Assembly (NCBI GenBank): GCA_965219685.1
Contig: CBDCOH010000002.1
Coordinates: 832,001 to 896,000 of the forward strand
Length of the DNA: 64,000 nucleotides
Direction of reading: 5' to 3'
Source of the DNA: Candidatus Spongiisociaceae bacterium
GTDB taxonomy: Bacteria; Actinomycetota; Acidimicrobiia; Spongiisociales; Spongiisociaceae
Shown here: piece after piece, positions 19,808-29,874 of the stretch
Layout: each line of letters opens with the position of its first letter
Numbering within the stretch: the stretch's first letter is position 1
Notes under the pieces: model-generated
What the model saw: only the letters and a program-made list of their open reading frames with translations
Told to the model about the DNA's origin: nothing
Databases searched by the model: none
Translations under genes and position numbers: made by a program

Positions 19808-21178
19808 TTGGTATCCGCGAGACACGACACATCGCCCCATCCGTACATCCCCGCCACCGGCGCGGACCGAGCGCGGATGCTGGAACGGATCGGCGTCGCC
19901 GATCTCGAGGCCCTTTTCGCAGACCTACCGGCGGACATGCGGAACCCGGCCATCGACATTCCGCCCGCTCTCACCGAGCCGGACCTCGTCGCGCTGCTCG
20001 AAGAACGCGCGGCTTCGAACGCTTCCCCTACGCGGCCGGACTTTCTCGGGGCGGGGGCCTACCGTCGCTTCACACCTTCGATCACCGATCGCCTGGCCGG
20101 GCGTTCCGAGTTCGTCACCTCCTACACGCCCTACCAGCCGGAGATCAGCCAGGGAACCCTGCAAACGGCCTTCGAGTACCAGTCGGTGGTGTGCGAGCTC
20201 ACCGGGATGGACGTGTCCAACACCGGTCTCTACGACGTGGCCACCGCCACCGCCGAGGCGTGCCTGCTGGCCACGCGGGTCACGAGGCGGAAGGCGGTCG
20301 CCCTGCTCGAACCGATCCACCCGGGGACTGCACGGGTGGTGCGTACCTACGCTCACGGCGCGGCGATCCGCGTGGACAGCGTGTCGTCGAGCGATGCCGT
20401 CGGCGAGGAGCACGCCTGCCTGGTGGCGCAGCAGCCTGACTTCCTCGGATCGATAGCCGACCTCGAACCGCTGGCCGATGTTGCGCACCGAAAGGGGGCC
20501 CTCCTGGTGGCGGTAGCCGATCCCTTCGCCCTGGGACTGCTGAGGGCGCCCGGGGACGTAGGCGCCGACATCGTTACCGGCGAGGGCCGTGATCTGGCCG
20601 GCCCGCCAGTGTTCGGTGGGCCGTCGGTGGGGTTGTTCGCAGCGCGCAAGAAGTACGTGCGCCAGATGCCCGGCCGTATCGTCGGCCGCACCAAAGAGCT
20701 TCACGCCCCGCCCAACGGCGACGGAGAGTCCCGCACCGGCTACGTGCTCACTCTCCAGGCGCGCGAGCAGTTCATCAGGCGGGAGCGGGCAACCTCCAAC
20801 GTGTCGACCGCTCAGTCGCTGATCGCCCTTGCGTTCACCATCACGGTGCAGGCGTTCGGACCGCATGGACTGCGCCAGGCCGCAGAGTTGTGCTACCAGC
20901 GGGCGCACGATGCTGCAGGGCGCATCGCTGCGCTCCCGGGTTACGAGACACCCGAGCGCGGGCCCTGGTTCCAAGAGTTCCTGGTTCGCGGACCGGTTCC
21001 CGCCGCTGATCTCGCTGCTCGCCTGGCAGAGCGGGGCATCCGCGCCGGCCTCGACGTCTCGGCGCGAGCGGAGCCCGAGGCACGCGACGCGCTGCTCTTC
21101 GCGGTTACGGAGGCAACGCCCGACACGCATGTGGACGATTTGATCGTTGCGCTTGAGCAGATCGGGAGAGAGGTATGA
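19808..21178 (+). CDS. gcvPA: Glycine dehydrogenase subunit 1
   Basis: FLGAGAY, YTPYQPEISQG, LQAREQFIRRERATSN. Confidence 0.95.
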   Translation: MVSARHDTSPHPYIPATGADRARMLERIGVADLEALFADLPADMRNPAIDIPPALTEPDLVALLEERAASNASPTRPDFLGAGAYRRFTPSITDRLAGRSEFVTSYTPYQPEISQGTLQTAFEYQSVVCELTGMDVSNTGLYDVATATAEACLLATRVTRRKAVALLEPIHPGTARVVRTYAHGAAIRVDSVSSSDAVGEEHACLVAQQPDFLGSIADLEPLADVAHRKGALLVAVADPFALGLLRAPGDVGADIVTGEGRDLAGPPVFGGPSVGLFAARKKYVRQMPGRIVGRTKELHAPPNGDGESRTGYVLTLQAREQFIRRERATSNVSTAQSLIALAFTITVQAFGPHGLRQAAELCYQRAHDAAGRIAALPGYETPERGPWFQEFLVRGPVPAADLAARLAERGIRAGLDVSARAEPEARDALLFAVTEATPDTHVDDLIVALEQIGREV

Positions 21179-22653
21179 GTGCGCCGCGTCCGGGAGGCGA
21201 GGACTTCGGCGCCCGGCTCAGCTTCGATCGCGGCGCACCCGGGCGCCGGGCTGTCGACGTGCCCGCGTGGAGCGGAAACGAGGCGCCACTGCCGGATACC
21301 CATCTGCTGAGGGACTCGGTACGGCTCCCGGAGCTGAGCCAGAGTGAACTCGTTCGCTACTACACGGAACTCTCGTCCCGCAACTACGGCATCGACTCCG
21401 GTACATACCCGCTCGGATCCTGCACCATGAAGTACAACCCGAAGGTGAACGACCTCGTCGCCTCGATACCGGGGTTCGCAAGAGCGCATCCCCAAGCGCC
21501 ACCTGAGGACGTGCAAGGCACGCTCCGCACCATGCTCGAGTTACGCCGGGGCCTCGGCGAGTTGACCGGCCTTCCGCACGTCAGCCTCGCCCCGGCCGCG
21601 GGCGCCCACGGAGAGTTGGCCGGTGTCCTGATGGTGACGCACGCGCTCGAGGACCGGGGAGAGTTCGATACGCGCCGGCGCATCCTGGTGCCGGATTCGG
21701 CACACGGCACGAATCCGGCGACGGCCGCGATGGCCGGTTACAAGGTCACCCAGATCCCGACCGCTTCCAACGGATCCCTCGACCGCGCCACCATCGAGCG
21801 CGAACTCGACGAGACGGTCGCGGCCGTGATGGTCACCGCGCCGAACACCCTCGGGCTGTGGGAACAGGGCATCGAGGAGGTGGCGCAACTCATCCACGAG
21901 GCCGGCGCCTACCTGTACGGCGACGGCGCCAACTTCAATGCGATCATGGGCCGGGTGCGCTACGGCGACCTAGGTTTCGACGTAGTACACCTCAACCTGC
22001 ACAAGAGCTTCAGTACCCCGCACGGCGGTGGCGGTCCCGGCGCGGGCCCTGTGTGCTGCAGCGAGGAACTGGCTCCGTACCTGCCCACCCCGGTGGTGGA
22101 GGAGGACGACGACGGCCTTGTGCGCTTGTCCACCCCCGAGCGCTCGATCGGTCTGATGCAGCAGTTCCACGGCAACGCCGGCGTCCTGATCCGCGCCTAC
22201 GCGTACATGCGAGCGCTGGGACTCGGCGGCCTGCGGGCGGTCTCCGGTCAGGCGGTTCTCAACGCCAACTACATGCGAGCGTTGCTGCATGGCCACTTCG
22301 ACCTGCCGTACGACCGCCCCGTGCTTCACGAGGTGGTCTTCTCGGGATCCCGCCAGCGTCGCGAGCACGGCGTGCCCACCTACGACATCGCCAAGCGGCT
22401 GATCGATCACGGCTTCCACCCCCCGACGGTGTACTTCCCGCTCATCGTCGAGGAGGCGCTGATGATCGAACCCACCGAGTCGGAGCCTCCCGAGGCGATA
22501 GAGGCCCTCGCCGAAGCGATGATCGCGGTTGCGGAGGAAGCCAAGCACGATCCCGACACGCTCCACCATGCACCCTGGACGGCCCCGATCGGGCGACTCG
22601 ACGAGGCGACCGCGGCCCGCCGACCGGTACTCCGCTGGCAGGAAGGCCTGTAG
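21175..22653 (+). CDS. gcvPB: Glycine dehydrogenase subunit 2
   Basis: PLGSCTMKYNP, SAHGTNPA, HLNLHKSFSTPHGGGGPG (PLP Lys), MIEPTESE. Confidence 0.96.
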   Translation: MSAPRPGGEDFGARLSFDRGAPGRRAVDVPAWSGNEAPLPDTHLLRDSVRLPELSQSELVRYYTELSSRNYGIDSGTYPLGSCTMKYNPKVNDLVASIPGFARAHPQAPPEDVQGTLRTMLELRRGLGELTGLPHVSLAPAAGAHGELAGVLMVTHALEDRGEFDTRRRILVPDSAHGTNPATAAMAGYKVTQIPTASNGSLDRATIERELDETVAAVMVTAPNTLGLWEQGIEEVAQLIHEAGAYLYGDGANFNAIMGRVRYGDLGFDVVHLNLHKSFSTPHGGGGPGAGPVCCSEELAPYLPTPVVEEDDDGLVRLSTPERSIGLMQQFHGNAGVLIRAYAYMRALGLGGLRAVSGQAVLNANYMRALLHGHFDLPYDRPVLHEVVFSGSRQRREHGVPTYDIAKRLIDHGFHPPTVYFPLIVEEALMIEPTESEPPEAIEALAEAMIAVAEEAKHDPDTLHHAPWTAPIGRLDEATAARRPVLRWQEGL

Positions 22654-22718
22654 CTGTGGGCGGTGGTCAAGGCCGTCTACTGGGCTGATTCAAAACCAAC
22701 CTTGAATTAGCCCAGAAT

Positions 22719-22875
22719 GCAGCTTCTTCCGTGGTGCGCTGACGGTCCAGGAGCACCTGGCAACCCTGCCATACCCTTCGGACGTCATGGTCGTCTACGG
22801 CGGTTACGAACTCCAGAACCGCTCGGTCGGAACCCTGATGCCTTGGAGGCGCCTCCATGCCGTCCCGTCCCTGTC
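22719..22875 (+). pseudogene. C-terminal remnant of an AAA-ATPase/DUF4143-type protein
   Basis: ...DVMVVYGGYELQNRSVGTLMPWRRL resembles the VVYGG...PW tail of this family; no N-terminal part present. Confidence 0.45.
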
Positions 22876-23003
22876 AAGATGGCAGGGATTCTCCCGGTTC
22901 GCGCCGCCACCTATGCAGGTTCGGGCCAACCCGGGTCGACCCACAGAGGCATCGGAGCCGACACCCCTTGAATCCTCTCTCCAGGACTGTTTAGCCTCCT
23001 GGT

Positions 23004-24626
23004 ATGTACGAGCACGCGATACGCTGGGAATCCCGACGCTCACCGATCCTCTCGACCAGGGGTGTGGTCACCTCCAGCCAGCCACTGGCGACCATGGCGG
23101 GTGTCGCCGTACTGCAATCGGGCGGCAATGCGGCCGACGCCGCCGTTGCGACCGCCGCGGCGCTGGCGGTGGTCGAACCGGGCTCCACGGGCATCGGCGG
23201 GGACTGCTTCTCCCTCTTCTATGGCGCTCACCGGGGGGTTGTGGAGGCGGTCAACGGCAGTGGCCGTAGCCCCGGGGCTCTGACACTGGAGTCGGCCGGG
23301 GGAGTGGCCGGCTTCGATCCCCAGGGACCCCATGCGGTGACGGTGCCCGGCACGATCGCGGGCTGGGTCGACACCGTGGAGCGTTTCGGACGGATGTCGA
23401 TGGCGGAGGTGCTGGCGCCGGCCATCGCGCTGGCCGAGGACGGCTTCCCGGTGACACCCATAATCAGCCGCGGCTGGAAGGGGCAGGAAGGACTCTTGGC
23501 GTCCAAGGGGCCGGCCGGCCACGATCTGCTCCTGGACGGCCGTGCTCCCGGACCAGGGGAGGTGTGGCGCAACCCGTCCATCGCCCGGGTGATGCGCGCC
23601 GTGGCGGAAGGAGGCGCCGACGCCTTCTACGACGGGTGGCCGGGGCGGGCGATCGTCGAGGCCGTGCAGATGAACGGGGGCTGCATGACGGCCGACGACC
23701 TGGCAGCTCACCGATCGACCTTCGAACACCCGATCTCCACGACCTATAGGGATCATACGATCTACGAATGCTCTCCCAACGGCCAGGGCATCACCGCGCT
23801 CATGGCGCTCAACATCCTCGAAGGCTTCGACATCGCCTCCACCCGACCCAGGTCTCCTGAAGCCCTTCACATGACGATCGAGGCGGTCCGCCTGGCATTC
23901 GCCGACGCCCGCGCCTACATCGCGGATCCCGCCCGGGCCCCGGTCCCGGTCACGGGTATGCTCAGCGAGCGGTACGCGACGCAGCGGCGCCGGCTCATCT
24001 CACGCCATGCCGCGATCGAACTCGCTACTGCAGGACACCTGCCAGGCGCCTCCGACACCGTCTACCTGTGCGCGGTCGACGGAGATGGGAACGCCTGTTC
24101 CTTCATCAACAGCAACTATCACGGTTTCGGCAGCGGCATCGTGCCTCGCAACTGCGGATTCAGCCTGCAGAACCGCGGCGCCGGATTCTCCCTGGATCCG
24201 GAACATCCCAATGCCCTGGAGGGAGGGAAACGGCCCTACCACACCATCATCCCCGCCATTGTTACCCGGCCTGACGGGTCTCTCATGGGGCCGTTCGGGG
24301 TCATGGGCGCCTGGAACCAGCCCCAGGGACACGTCCAAGTGGTGATCAACCTGGTGGACCGCGGCATGGATCCGCAGAGCGCCATCGACGAGCCTCGCTT
24401 TTCGATCTACGACGACCCGCCCAACGGCGACATCTGGGTCGAGGACTCAATGCCCGTGACCACGATCAGCGCCCTGGCCCAACTCGGGCATCCCGTCCGT
24501 CCGGCGTCGGGCGCCCTTCGAACAAGCGTGCTCGGCCAAGGGCAGATCATCGTGCGCGACCCGGAGACCGGTGTCCTCTGGGGCGGGTCCGATCCCAGGG
24601 GCGACGGATGCGCCATCGGTATCTGA
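23004..24626 (+). CDS. ggt: Gamma-glutamyltransferase family (Ntn hydrolase)
   Basis: GGNAADAAVA, GIGGDCF, DTVYLCAVD (Thr nucleophile), KRPYHTIIP, GSDPRGDG. Confidence 0.9.
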   Translation: MYEHAIRWESRRSPILSTRGVVTSSQPLATMAGVAVLQSGGNAADAAVATAAALAVVEPGSTGIGGDCFSLFYGAHRGVVEAVNGSGRSPGALTLESAGGVAGFDPQGPHAVTVPGTIAGWVDTVERFGRMSMAEVLAPAIALAEDGFPVTPIISRGWKGQEGLLASKGPAGHDLLLDGRAPGPGEVWRNPSIARVMRAVAEGGADAFYDGWPGRAIVEAVQMNGGCMTADDLAAHRSTFEHPISTTYRDHTIYECSPNGQGITALMALNILEGFDIASTRPRSPEALHMTIEAVRLAFADARAYIADPARAPVPVTGMLSERYATQRRRLISRHAAIELATAGHLPGASDTVYLCAVDGDGNACSFINSNYHGFGSGIVPRNCGFSLQNRGAGFSLDPEHPNALEGGKRPYHTIIPAIVTRPDGSLMGPFGVMGAWNQPQGHVQVVINLVDRGMDPQSAIDEPRFSIYDDPPNGDIWVEDSMPVTTISALAQLGHPVRPASGALRTSVLGQGQIIVRDPETGVLWGGSDPRGDGCAIGI

Positions 24627-24644
24627 CCTCTGTGTTCGCGATTA

Positions 24645-25343
24645 CTAGCGACGGGGCTGCGGGCGTTGGTCCAGCGTCAGATCGGCCACGGCGGCCAAGG
24701 GTGCGGGGACGCTCGAGCCTGAATCCAGGTCAGCCGACGGGGACGGCCGGCCGAAGCGGGTCGTGATCGGTACCGTCCCGGCCCACCAGGGGCCGTGGAT
24801 GTCTTCGGGATCGTCCACCGGATCTCCGGTCCGCACCTTGGCCGAAGCCTCCGCCAGGGGGAGTTCCAGCACCAGGGTCTTGCGCATTTCCTGGGGCGAC
24901 GGAGGGCGGACGATGTCCCAGTGCGATACCACGTGGTCGGTGATGAGCCTGAGCGCCTCGAGTTTGCGCCGGCCGTCCCGGATGCGCCGACCGCGACCCC
25001 GCACTACCACCGAGCGGTAGTTCATCGAGTTGTGGAAGGGGGAGCGCGCCAGCACCAGACCGTCCAGATGGGTCACGGTGGCGCAGATCTCCTGGTCGTC
25101 ACCCGAGTTGAGTATGTGGTTGGCGATCGCCCCGTGTAGGTAGAGGGTGTCGTCATCACGCCCGTAGGCCATCGGGAGAACAAGGGGTCCTTCGGGAGTG
25201 GAAACCCCGACATGGGCGATGACGCCGGCGTCGAGGATCTCCAGCACCTCGCCGCGGTCGTAGCGCGCCCGGTCGCGACCGCGGCGTACCCGCATGCGAG
25301 CCGACGGAGGCGTTGAACCGTTCGAAGGTGGGAGATCGTCCAT
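24645..25343 (-). CDS. Pyridoxamine 5'-phosphate oxidase-like flavin-binding protein
   Basis: LYLHGA, DGLVLARSPFHNSMNYRSVV, SAKVRTG, WAGTVP. Confidence 0.9.
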   Translation of the reverse strand: MDDLPPSNGSTPPSARMRVRRGRDRARYDRGEVLEILDAGVIAHVGVSTPEGPLVLPMAYGRDDDTLYLHGAIANHILNSGDDQEICATVTHLDGLVLARSPFHNSMNYRSVVVRGRGRRIRDGRRKLEALRLITDHVVSHWDIVRPPSPQEMRKTLVLELPLAEASAKVRTGDPVDDPEDIHGPWWAGTVPITTRFGRPSPSADLDSGSSVPAPLAAVADLTLDQRPQPRR

Positions 25344-25633
25344 GAGCAGGGGAGGCTAGTGGACCGTGCTCCACCGGCCGCATTCGAAGCACACGGCACC
25401 CTTGGCGTGTTCGAGTGCATCCCATGACCATGCCGGAGAGGGGAGTGACCAACCCGACAGTGTCCTACTCCGCTCTGGTAGAAGGCGGATCGTGTCGGGT
25501 AGGGGGCAGAACCGCCTTCGATCCGGCGGCTACGCCCGTGAGATCGGCGCTTCGGGACTCCGCGCGATCCGGGCCCGCCCGTCATCGAGCCGGTTCGACC
25601 TGGGAGTGGGTAGCTCCAGGGTCGGAGCTAGAC

Positions 25634-26746
25634 CTATGGTCGGGTGGTGAGGGAGTAGTTGGTACTGCGGCCACGCGCGGAGCTTCGCACGAGAATTCCA
25701 CTGTCTACCAGGTCTGTTATGTCGCGCAGGGCGGTGTCTTGGGAGCACTTGGCTAGCTTTGCCCACTTCGAGGTGGTCAGCTTGCCCTCGAAACCGTCGA
25801 GGAATCGGTTGAGGACCTTGCGCTGGCGCACATTGAGCGGGACGCCTTCGATCTGTTGCCAGAAGCGAGCTTTGGCGAGCACAGATGCCAGGGTGGTCCC
25901 GGCTCCGTCGATGGCTCGGCCGAGGCACGCTAGGAACCACGCCATCCACTCCGAGACATCCGGTGTTCCCTTCTGGGTTCGTTCGAGGATGTGGTAGTAG
26001 GCGCGGCGTTCCACTCGGATCTGCGATGACATGCTGTAGAAACGCTGTGAGCTGTCCTCCGAGCGGGCCAGGGCCATGTCGGTGATCGCCCGGGCGATGC
26101 GTCCGTTTCCGTCATCGAAGGGATGGACGGTCACGAACCATAAATGCGCCAGCGCCGCCCGAAGGACGCCGTCAGTTTCCGACGGCCCGTTGAACCAGCT
26201 AAGGAATGTGTCGATCTCGTCGTCGATTCGCTCCGCTGCGGGTGCTTCGAAGTGCACCCGTTCCTTGCCGATGGGTCCCGATATCACCTGCATGGGTCCG
26301 GTACGGTCGTCTCGCCAGCCACCTACGGTGATCGATCGCATCCGGCTACGCCCGGTCGGGAAGAGAGCCGCCTGCCAACCGTACAGCCGGTCTCTCGTCA
26401 GAGCCAGGTCGTAGTTGCCTGTTGCGTCCAGCATCATCTCCACCACACCCTCAACCTTGTCGTCCGCATGGCGAAGACCACCGATGTCCATACCGAGGCG
26501 ACGCCCGACAGAGGAACGGACCTGTTCCAGGTCGAGCCGTTCACCTTCGATGTCGCTGGACTTGTGAACGTCCTGGGTCAGAGTCTCGAGAAGCGCCTGC
26601 TGCTGCAGGTCGAACCCCAACGATTGCATCCGGCCCACCAGGCATCCCTGCTTGTAGCGGACAGCCGCCAGGCCGTCTGCCAGTCTGTCCGTCTCCCAGC
26701 GGAGTTGGGGCCATCCCGGATGCTCATGAATATACAATCGCCGCAT
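25634..26746 (-). CDS. Fic family protein (N-terminal DUF4172-type region, C-terminal HTH)
   Basis: HPFDDGNGRIAR Fic motif; SSDIEGE; C-terminal LTTSKWAKLAKCSQDTALRDI. Confidence 0.93.
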   Translation of the reverse strand: MRRLYIHEHPGWPQLRWETDRLADGLAAVRYKQGCLVGRMQSLGFDLQQQALLETLTQDVHKSSDIEGERLDLEQVRSSVGRRLGMDIGGLRHADDKVEGVVEMMLDATGNYDLALTRDRLYGWQAALFPTGRSRMRSITVGGWRDDRTGPMQVISGPIGKERVHFEAPAAERIDDEIDTFLSWFNGPSETDGVLRAALAHLWFVTVHPFDDGNGRIARAITDMALARSEDSSQRFYSMSSQIRVERRAYYHILERTQKGTPDVSEWMAWFLACLGRAIDGAGTTLASVLAKARFWQQIEGVPLNVRQRKVLNRFLDGFEGKLTTSKWAKLAKCSQDTALRDITDLVDSGILVRSSARGRSTNYSLTTRP

Positions 26747-26821
26747 AGTGTGCGGTGATTGTATACAGGTAATCACCGCATCAGGACCGCGGGTAGCGAT
26801 GCGGTGGCATCACTCACCGCA
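26736..26821. promoter_or_regulatory. Operator-like array of inverted half-sites at the Fic start
   Basis: TGCGGTGATT-N10-AATCACCGCA (26751-26780) plus AATCGCCGCA (26736) and TGCGGTG...CACCGCA (26800-26821). Confidence 0.65.
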
Positions 26822-27072
26822 AACCGGCCCTCTATCGGATCCCGCTGGGGTTAGGCGACAATATGCCAACCCCACCCGGGGTGTCGGGACAGAATCGGGG
26901 CGGGCGACTCCCTGTGTAGTCGGCGAACGCGGTAGGACGAGGTTGCCCAGACGCTGGGGTTACTGTCATGGTTCACGTAAACAGACCCATGGTTCGAATG
27001 TATCAAGCATGCTTGACGATGGTCTTGGTGCTCCTATAGTCATGGCTATGGTCGTATTTGGGAGGATCAGCA

Positions 27073-27371
27073 ATGGGAGTAGTCGTTGATCCCGCAACGG
27101 CCGGACCGTCAAGGCGTCTGAGTTCAAGGCCAAGTGCCTCATGCCCATGGACGAAGTCGCAAGGAGCGGCGAGGAGGTCGTCATCACCAAGCACGGCCGG
27201 CCCGTGTCGCGGCTCGTGCCGTACCGGACGAAGCCAGAGACACTGTTCGGGATAGATCGTGGCCGGTTCGAGATCGTAGGCGAGATAGGCGATCCCATCG
27301 ATGTTGAGTGGGAAGCCGAGACAAGCGGTAATCGGGACGAGCCACTTTGTTCCTGCTCGACACACAGGTGA
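27073..27371 (+). pseudogene. Phd/YefM antitoxin with a 5' frameshift
   Basis: RTVKASEFKAKCL..MDEV...EEVVITKHGRPVSRLVP; the RBS-linked ATG at 27073 is out of frame and an in-frame TGA lies at 27087. Confidence 0.7.
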
Positions 27372-27745
27372 TTCTGTGGCTGAGGTCTGGTGATCCGAAA
27401 CTTGGTGCACAGGCGCGGATCGAGATTGATCGGGCGTGGCACTCCGACGTTGTGGCTGTCTCGGCGATCTCGTTCTGGGAGGTCGCGATCTTGAAGGAAA
27501 GAGGACGGCTCAGGTTCCCCGAGGAAGTAGGGATGTGGAGGCACGAGCAACTCGACCAAGGGATAGCCGAGGTCCCGGTCGATGGCGATATCGGAATCCG
27601 TGCCACGGAGTTGACGGACTTCCACGGCGACGCGGCTGATCGCATCATCGTGGCGACAGCGCTCGGGGGCCACCAGTTGGTTACGGCTGATCGTCGCATC
27701 CTTGAGTGGTCCGGTGCGGTAAACCGACTGCGCGCCACCGACTGA
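27347..27745 (+). CDS. vapC: VapC / PIN-domain toxin
   Basis: LLDT, SAISFWEV, HGDAADRIIVATA, LVTAD. Confidence 0.9.
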   Translation: MFLLDTQVILWLRSGDPKLGAQARIEIDRAWHSDVVAVSAISFWEVAILKERGRLRFPEEVGMWRHEQLDQGIAEVPVDGDIGIRATELTDFHGDAADRIIVATALGGHQLVTADRRILEWSGAVNRLRATD

Positions 27746-27779
27746 CCCCCGTCCCGGGGCCGGTCTTGGGAACCAAGAA

Positions 27780-27842
27780 TCCATCGCATCCGATCCGAGA
27801 TGACCGGCGCTCCCATCTCGGTTCGTTCCAGGATGCGTTGGA
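27780..27842. terminator. Long hairpin between convergent vapC and fic genes
   Basis: CGCATCC...CCGAGATG / CATCTCGG...GGATGCG nested arms. Confidence 0.45.
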
Positions 27843-27896
27843 GGAAATCCGAAGCGCCGGGTTGGGGAATACGACGTTGTCGACCTTAGAGCACTC

Positions 27897-29105
27897 TCAG
27901 GGTTGGGTGTCGTCGAGTAGGGACCTGAATAGGTCGACAATCGCAGCGGCTTCGAAGACGCGGTTTCGTTTGCCGGCGTTGCGTTGGCGGAGTATTCCGC
28001 CTTCTTGGAGGTGTGCCACCACGCGGGCGGCTGTGCGCTGGCTGGCGCCGAGTTGCTGGGAGATGGTGGGGATGTCGAACACCGGCCGAGTGGGTAGTAG
28101 TTCTACCATGCGCCGCTGGTACTCGCCCCTTAGCGGGACGGCCTGTTCCCATTGCGTGCGAATGTCGGCGAGCCTGGTTTGAATGCGGGCTGCGTAGTCG
28201 CAGGCGGCCAGAGTGGAGTCGGTGAGGAGCTGTAGCCATGGTTGTTGTGCGGTCATTCGGGCAGGGTCGTGGGGGGCGCCTTCGTGCAGTCCGGCGTCGA
28301 GGGTGTCGATGTAGGCGGAGCGTTGTCGGGCCAGCATCGAGCTTATGGGAATGGTCAGGTTCTGGGTGAGTTTCCGTCTGCGCATGACGAGATGGATGAG
28401 TGCTCGCCCGGTGCGACCGTTGCCGTCCGCGAATGGATGGATGGCGATGAACTGCGAATGGGTCATGGCGGCTTGCACAAGGGGCGGATGGTGCCGGGTG
28501 TTGATGTAGGCCACGAGGTCCTCGAGCAGCGGACGGACAAACTCGGGCGGTGGCGGGACGTAGACGGCGTCCAGCGGAGTGGAGAAGTCCGCGCCTATCC
28601 AGTTCTGCCGCTCGCGGATCAGCCCACCTGACTGCGGGTAGCGGGAGTGGTCCATCAGGGTTCGATGGAGCCCGCATAGATCATCGACCGTGACCTGCCG
28701 GCCCTCGGTTCCCAGCATCAGGGCTTGCGCAGTGACGGTGATGTTTCCGATTGCCATCCTGTCGGACGGGTTCAGCCCACCCTGGCGGGCTTCGGCCCTC
28801 GCTATGCGACGCAGCGAAGGGAACACTCCTTCGATGCGGCTGGAAGCCACGCTCTCGGCTCTTACCAGAAGCCACTCAGCCGCGCTCGGGTCATCTGCGG
28901 ATGGCGCAGCGTCGGTCAGCCGTACCAGCGTTTCGGCTTCCGCAACCTCGCCCGCTAGCCGCAGAGGTAGGGAAGGTTCCCAGCCAGTCAGCGGGTCTGG
29001 GATGTAAGCATCGTATGTGCCGGCTCTACGGTTGCGGCGGCCGGCATGTGGTGTATAGCGTTCGGCGTCGTGATGTGCCCACCGTCGCTTCTCGTACCTA
29101 CCCAT
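27897..29105 (-). CDS. Fic family protein (second, actinobacterial type)
   Basis: ESVASSRIEG, IRERQNWIG, HPFADGNGRTGR; C-terminal HTH. Confidence 0.92.
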   Translation of the reverse strand: MGRYEKRRWAHHDAERYTPHAGRRNRRAGTYDAYIPDPLTGWEPSLPLRLAGEVAEAETLVRLTDAAPSADDPSAAEWLLVRAESVASSRIEGVFPSLRRIARAEARQGGLNPSDRMAIGNITVTAQALMLGTEGRQVTVDDLCGLHRTLMDHSRYPQSGGLIRERQNWIGADFSTPLDAVYVPPPPEFVRPLLEDLVAYINTRHHPPLVQAAMTHSQFIAIHPFADGNGRTGRALIHLVMRRRKLTQNLTIPISSMLARQRSAYIDTLDAGLHEGAPHDPARMTAQQPWLQLLTDSTLAACDYAARIQTRLADIRTQWEQAVPLRGEYQRRMVELLPTRPVFDIPTISQQLGASQRTAARVVAHLQEGGILRQRNAGKRNRVFEAAAIVDLFRSLLDDTQP

Positions 29106-29416
29106 AGCGACATTCTATAGCCCTGTTGTCGTTATGGGTAGTCTCTGTAGACGCAACCTCGACAGAATGCCCATAGGCACCGAGCATCTCGGATGACCTG
29201 CTAACGATCTGCGACCTGGTTGCTTGGAGCGTTGCCGGAACATTCCGAGTAGCTGGCGGACCCAACCCTGCGTCGAAGTCGTGCCTAGGCGTCCATGATC
29301 GGGCGAACTCCTTAGGGAGGCGGCTGTCAGATCCCGTTCGACTTAGCGAGTCAACACCCCATTCACCGAGGGATCGGACAACAATGCTCACCTTCTTCGG
29401 CGGAGGGCCCCTTGCA

Positions 29417-29444
29417 ACTTTACATAACGTGCATTATGGGACAT
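29417..29444 (-). other. dif-like XerC/XerD recombination site
   Basis: Minus strand ATGTCCCATAA-TGCACG-TTATGTAAAGT: 11-6-11 layout with CATAA/TTATG inner arms. Confidence 0.7.
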
Positions 29445-29874
29445 TCGGTTTCGGCCTCATGGCACGCAGAGTATCCTGGTGTCCGTTCTCACGCTACTTG
29501 GCGAATTCTCACGGTCGTGGCGATAATTCTCATCCAGATGGCGAGTTTCTCAAACTGGTGGCGAATGGAACCAGGGCGTTTGAACGCTGCCACAGTGTTC
29601 CGCGACCCCTAATGGCACCGTATACGTGATGGTTTCGGTCAAATCCTGCCGCTCTTGGGAGCACACCTAGCCGTGGTCCGAGAGCAAGCTCACTGCTACC
29701 TGGATTGCTGGAGTTCACCCCGCTGGCCGGACCCGGACCGCGCCCTGTTGGGAGGCGCCGCCACACGCGGGCGATACTCGCCTGCGCTTAGTCGAGTGCT
29801 GAAGGTCTCTCCGCGCGTCCTGAAACCTACCTGCTACGACGCCCTAACCGTTCGGATGTTGAGCCCGTTCCGCA

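Noticed and set aside
18286-22653. Horizontal acquisition of the split gcvPA/PB operon
   Set aside because: It is flanked by repeat and pseudogene debris, but I see no clear compositional shift; this needs a phylogeny I cannot run.
26985-27005. GGTTCGAAT T-loop-like motif
   Set aside because: No cloverleaf stems around it; not a tRNA.
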